DNA of 64,000 bases. It comes from Eledone cirrhosa (taxonomy: Eukaryota). The stretch lies in assembly GCA_964016885.1 (NCBI GenBank), contig OZ024756.1:8308001-8372000 (forward strand), read 5' to 3'. This document shows positions 61,111 through 64,000 of the stretch, one piece after another (positions within the stretch are counted from its first letter, which is position 1; each line of letters opens with the position of its first letter). The translations under genes were made by a program, and so were the position numbers. The notes below the pieces were generated by a model, which saw only the letters and a list, made by a program, of their open reading frames with translations, had not been told where the DNA came from and did no database searches.

Positions 61111-61882
61111 GGAAGACCTGGGAAGACTGAGACTCACAGAGGAGATGACGAAGGAATGTGGCAAGTGGAGAGAAGCTGTGCTGCAAAGGACATCCCATGC
61201 AAGCATGGAAAAATAGATGTAAAAATGATGATGATGATATCATCTACAGTTTTATGCTAGCATGGGTTAGATAAGTCTTTCTTAGGAAGAATTTAACAGC
61301 TAGATGCTCTTCCTAGCATTAACTCCTACATTTGTTTCATCTTGCTTGGGTGGGCAGGTTATTCTCCCCTAATATCACATTATCAATTCAATTCCAGCTC
61401 CACACCAAGGTTAAACTTCTTGGGGTCTGCCTTCACCACATCATACCATATTTTTCTAGCTCTTCCTAATCCCCTGCTTCCATCCTTGTACTGCGACCAG
61501 GCTGAAGCAATGTCTCTCTACAGAGTGTGGTACTTATTTTACCAACATCAGAAGAAGAAAAAGTAAAATGGAATGGAACAGCATTTATTTACACTAAAAA
61601 GATGAGAGGGTAGAACCGAATAATCTTATTTCGTCTGATGCTCTACCAATTCAAGCATCCACTCCCTCTATATCATCATCATTCATGCTTTGTAGCATAT
61701 AGTTACGACCCTTTACATTCTGAATTCAAATGTAGCTAAGGTTAGCTTAGTCTTTCATCCTTCTGGGGGTCAATAAAATAAACTACCAGTAACGCAATGG
61801 GGTCGATTTAATTGACTTTCCTCCCCCCCACAAATTGTTGGCTTTGTGCCTAAATTGGAAACCATTATTTCTATATCCAGTT

Positions 61883-62074
61883 GGTGGATTGGCAGTATCG
61901 GTAGAGGGTCGGCCGCTATGCTTTGACACACAGAGTTACGGCCCTTGCCATTCTGAGTTCGAATCCCGCCGAGGTTAACTTTGCCTTTCAATCCTTACGG
62001 GGTCGATAAAATAAAGTACTAGTAATGCACTGGGTAATTGCTGGCCTTGTGCCAAAAAGTAGAAACAATTATTT
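61883..62074 (+). mobile_element. Full-length SINE family 1 copy with target-site duplication CTATATCCAGTTG; further copies at 61685-61870, 62645-62817, 45832-46018 and 48885-48985
   Basis: A box TGGCAGTATCGG, B box GAGTTCGAATCC; direct repeat at 61871-61883 and 62075-62087. Confidence 0.85.
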
Positions 62075-62114
62075 CTATATCCAGTTGCCATGCTCATGTG
62101 TTTCATTTTTGGCA

Positions 62115-62610
62115 TAGTTTCTACAACTGGATGCTCTTCCTAACGTCAACCACTTTACAGAGCGTACTGGGTGTATTTTATCGTGGTACCAGCACCACCA
62201 CTTTACAAAGTGCACTGAGTGTGTCCTTTCGTGGCACCAGCACCATTCTATCATGGCACTACCATTTTACAGAGTGTATTGAGTACTTGTTATCATGGCA
62301 CTAGCGATACCACTTTACAGAGCAGACTGAGTGCATTTTATCATGGCACTAACACTACCACTTTACAGAGCGTACTGAGTGTGTTTTATCATGGCACTAA
62401 CACTACCACTTTACAGAGCGTACTGAGTGTGTTTTATCATGGCACTAACACTACCACTTTACAGAGCGTACTGGGTGTGTTTTATCATGGCACTAACACT
62501 ACCACTTTACAGAACATACTGGGTGTGTTTTATCATGGCAACAGCACTAAATGGTTTCAGTTTGCTTACTTTCCCTTTACAGAGTGTATTGAGTACTTGT
62601 TACATGGCAC
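62115..62610 (-). repeat. Minus-strand RTE 3' UTR remnant with a short 48-bp tandem expansion (about 8 diverged units)
   Basis: TTCTACAACTGGATGCTCTTCCTAACGTCAACCACTTTACAG, then repeats of CACTTTACAGAGCGTACTGAGTGTGTTTTATCATGGCACTAACACTAC. Confidence 0.8.
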
Positions 62611-63496
62611 CGGCATTAGTGAGCTTGCCTTAGAACTTATATACGGCAAGGGTCGTAACTCTGTGTGTCAAAGCATATCTGTTACGTCCCTTTACGATCT
62701 GAGTTCAAATCCCGCCGAGGTTGACTTTGCTTTTCATCCTTACGGGGTCGATAAAATAAAGTACCAGTAATGCACTGGGTAATTGCTGGCCTTGTGCCTA
62801 AAGTAGAAACAATTATTTAAATTAAAACCTTTCCTGATTATTTAATTAATCCTTTTGATCCTCACCCTACAAAGACCGTCACCAATGCCATGAAATAAAA
62901 CTTTTCATTTTAAACTATTATTATCTAAATCAGAGATTCTCAAAGTGGGTGGTAGACTTTGATGTTATTTATTTTGAGAACAATACCTTAACATCAGTAT
63001 GAGTGGCTAGTTACAGCCAGTTTGAACAAAAAGAGATGAGAGGATTCTGGCTGGATACAACTGGTTTAAATACTAAAGGGTTAAATATATGTAAAATTAA
63101 ATATGGCAATGATCAGAGTGGTAAGAGGAAAGTCAAAGAAAATCAAAGATTCAAGCATCATTAAATCTGGCTCGATGGGACTGGGGTCATCCTAGGACAG
63201 CGACCCCAATCATTGTGCTTAGAGACCAACAGTGACCCGTAACACATCGGCTTGCCACCAAAATGGCAGCTCCAACATCTGACTATTCTGTGGAGCGCCA
63301 ACAACCTGGCCAGAAGAACCCTCAACCTGTTCTGAAACCAACCACAAGAACCCTCAACTTGTTCTGAAACCAACCAGAAGTACCCTGACACCTGTCTGCT
63401 CCCTCCCACCAACACCGTCTTTACAATGTTCTAATTAATCAATTATTAAATCTGTAATTAAAAACAGAAAATGTTTAAAAGAGAAATGTTGTTTAC

Positions 63497-63578
63497 TTGA
63501 AGCAGAATCGAGTCCAGCAGAGGGCCGGTATAACCCAGGGAAATCTTTGTCATGGCCATCTGTGCTTTCATAACTCAT
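63497..63578 (-). CDS. RALBP1: RALBP1 first coding exon (MSYESTDGHDKDFPGLYRPSAGLDSAS); the exon including 5' UTR spans 63497-63658
   Basis: FPGLYR motif conserved in RLIP76; ATG preceded by GCCACCATC; AG acceptor at 63659-63660 implies an upstream non-coding exon; GT donor. Confidence 0.88.
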
Positions 63579-63936
63579 GATGGTGGCAGTTGGTGGCAGT
63601 GGAGGTAGATCCTTTAGGTCTTGAAGAGTGAAACCCTTCTTTCTACAAGCAGCTTCTCCTGAAAAATAGAAATTATTAAATTATTTTGAACTCTGAACTG
63701 TAGAAACATAACTAAATACTGTCAAATGTCCTGTTTGATGCTCAAATGATTCTTCTAATCTACCTACCTTTTTATTTTCTCAATAAGTAAGGAATATATC
63801 AGCTAAATACAGTTTAATAGAAAAAGAAAAAAATGATTGAGAAGGAAGAATGGAATGTAAAATATAAAGAAAACCAGAAAAAGGAGGGAATGGCAAGGAC
63901 TCTAGTGTCACAGGAGAATTATTTGGTCCTGGGCCT

Positions 63937-64000
63937 ACATACATCTAGGACCACATACAACACACCAGCAGGCAATACATACATCTAGGACCACATACAA
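63937..64000. repeat. Start of a tandem repeat of about 40 bp running off the window
   Basis: CATACATCTAGGACCACATACAA occurs twice, 40 bp apart. Confidence 0.6.

Noticed and set aside
61883-61975. Possible tRNA gene (also 48215-48296)
   Set aside because: The A/B boxes continue into a SINE body with a TSD and multiple dispersed copies; no convincing cloverleaf.

Overview
Eukaryotic (animal) genomic DNA, very repeat-rich; the repeat content and the host gene suggest an octopus-like mollusc (inference, not proven). A RALBP1/RLIP76 ortholog runs on the minus strand. I traced ten GT-AG coding exons in continuous phase from the ATG at 63578 down to 29339 (about 580 codons: FPGLY N-terminus, Lys-rich region, RhoGAP domain, Ral-binding helix, acidic exon); the gene probably continues left of the window. 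Positions 1-27490 are a 46-bp satellite with kb-scale higher-order duplications, interrupted by an apparently intact RTE-clade LINE (21365-24941: APE + RT + internal PHD-like finger, (GAT)n tail). Main observation: this satellite, a 48-bp satellite at 54.2-58.4 kb and two short arrays are all reverse complements of a dimeric segment in that LINE's own 3' UTR, so the LINE sits inside an antisense array related to its own 3' end. Several other minisatellites are also local expansions of pieces of SINEs or TTAA (piggyBac-like) MITEs. Helitron-like elements, CR1-like and RTE remnants and two long palindromes with hammerhead-like CTGATGA motifs are also present. All alignments and copy numbers were judged by eye.
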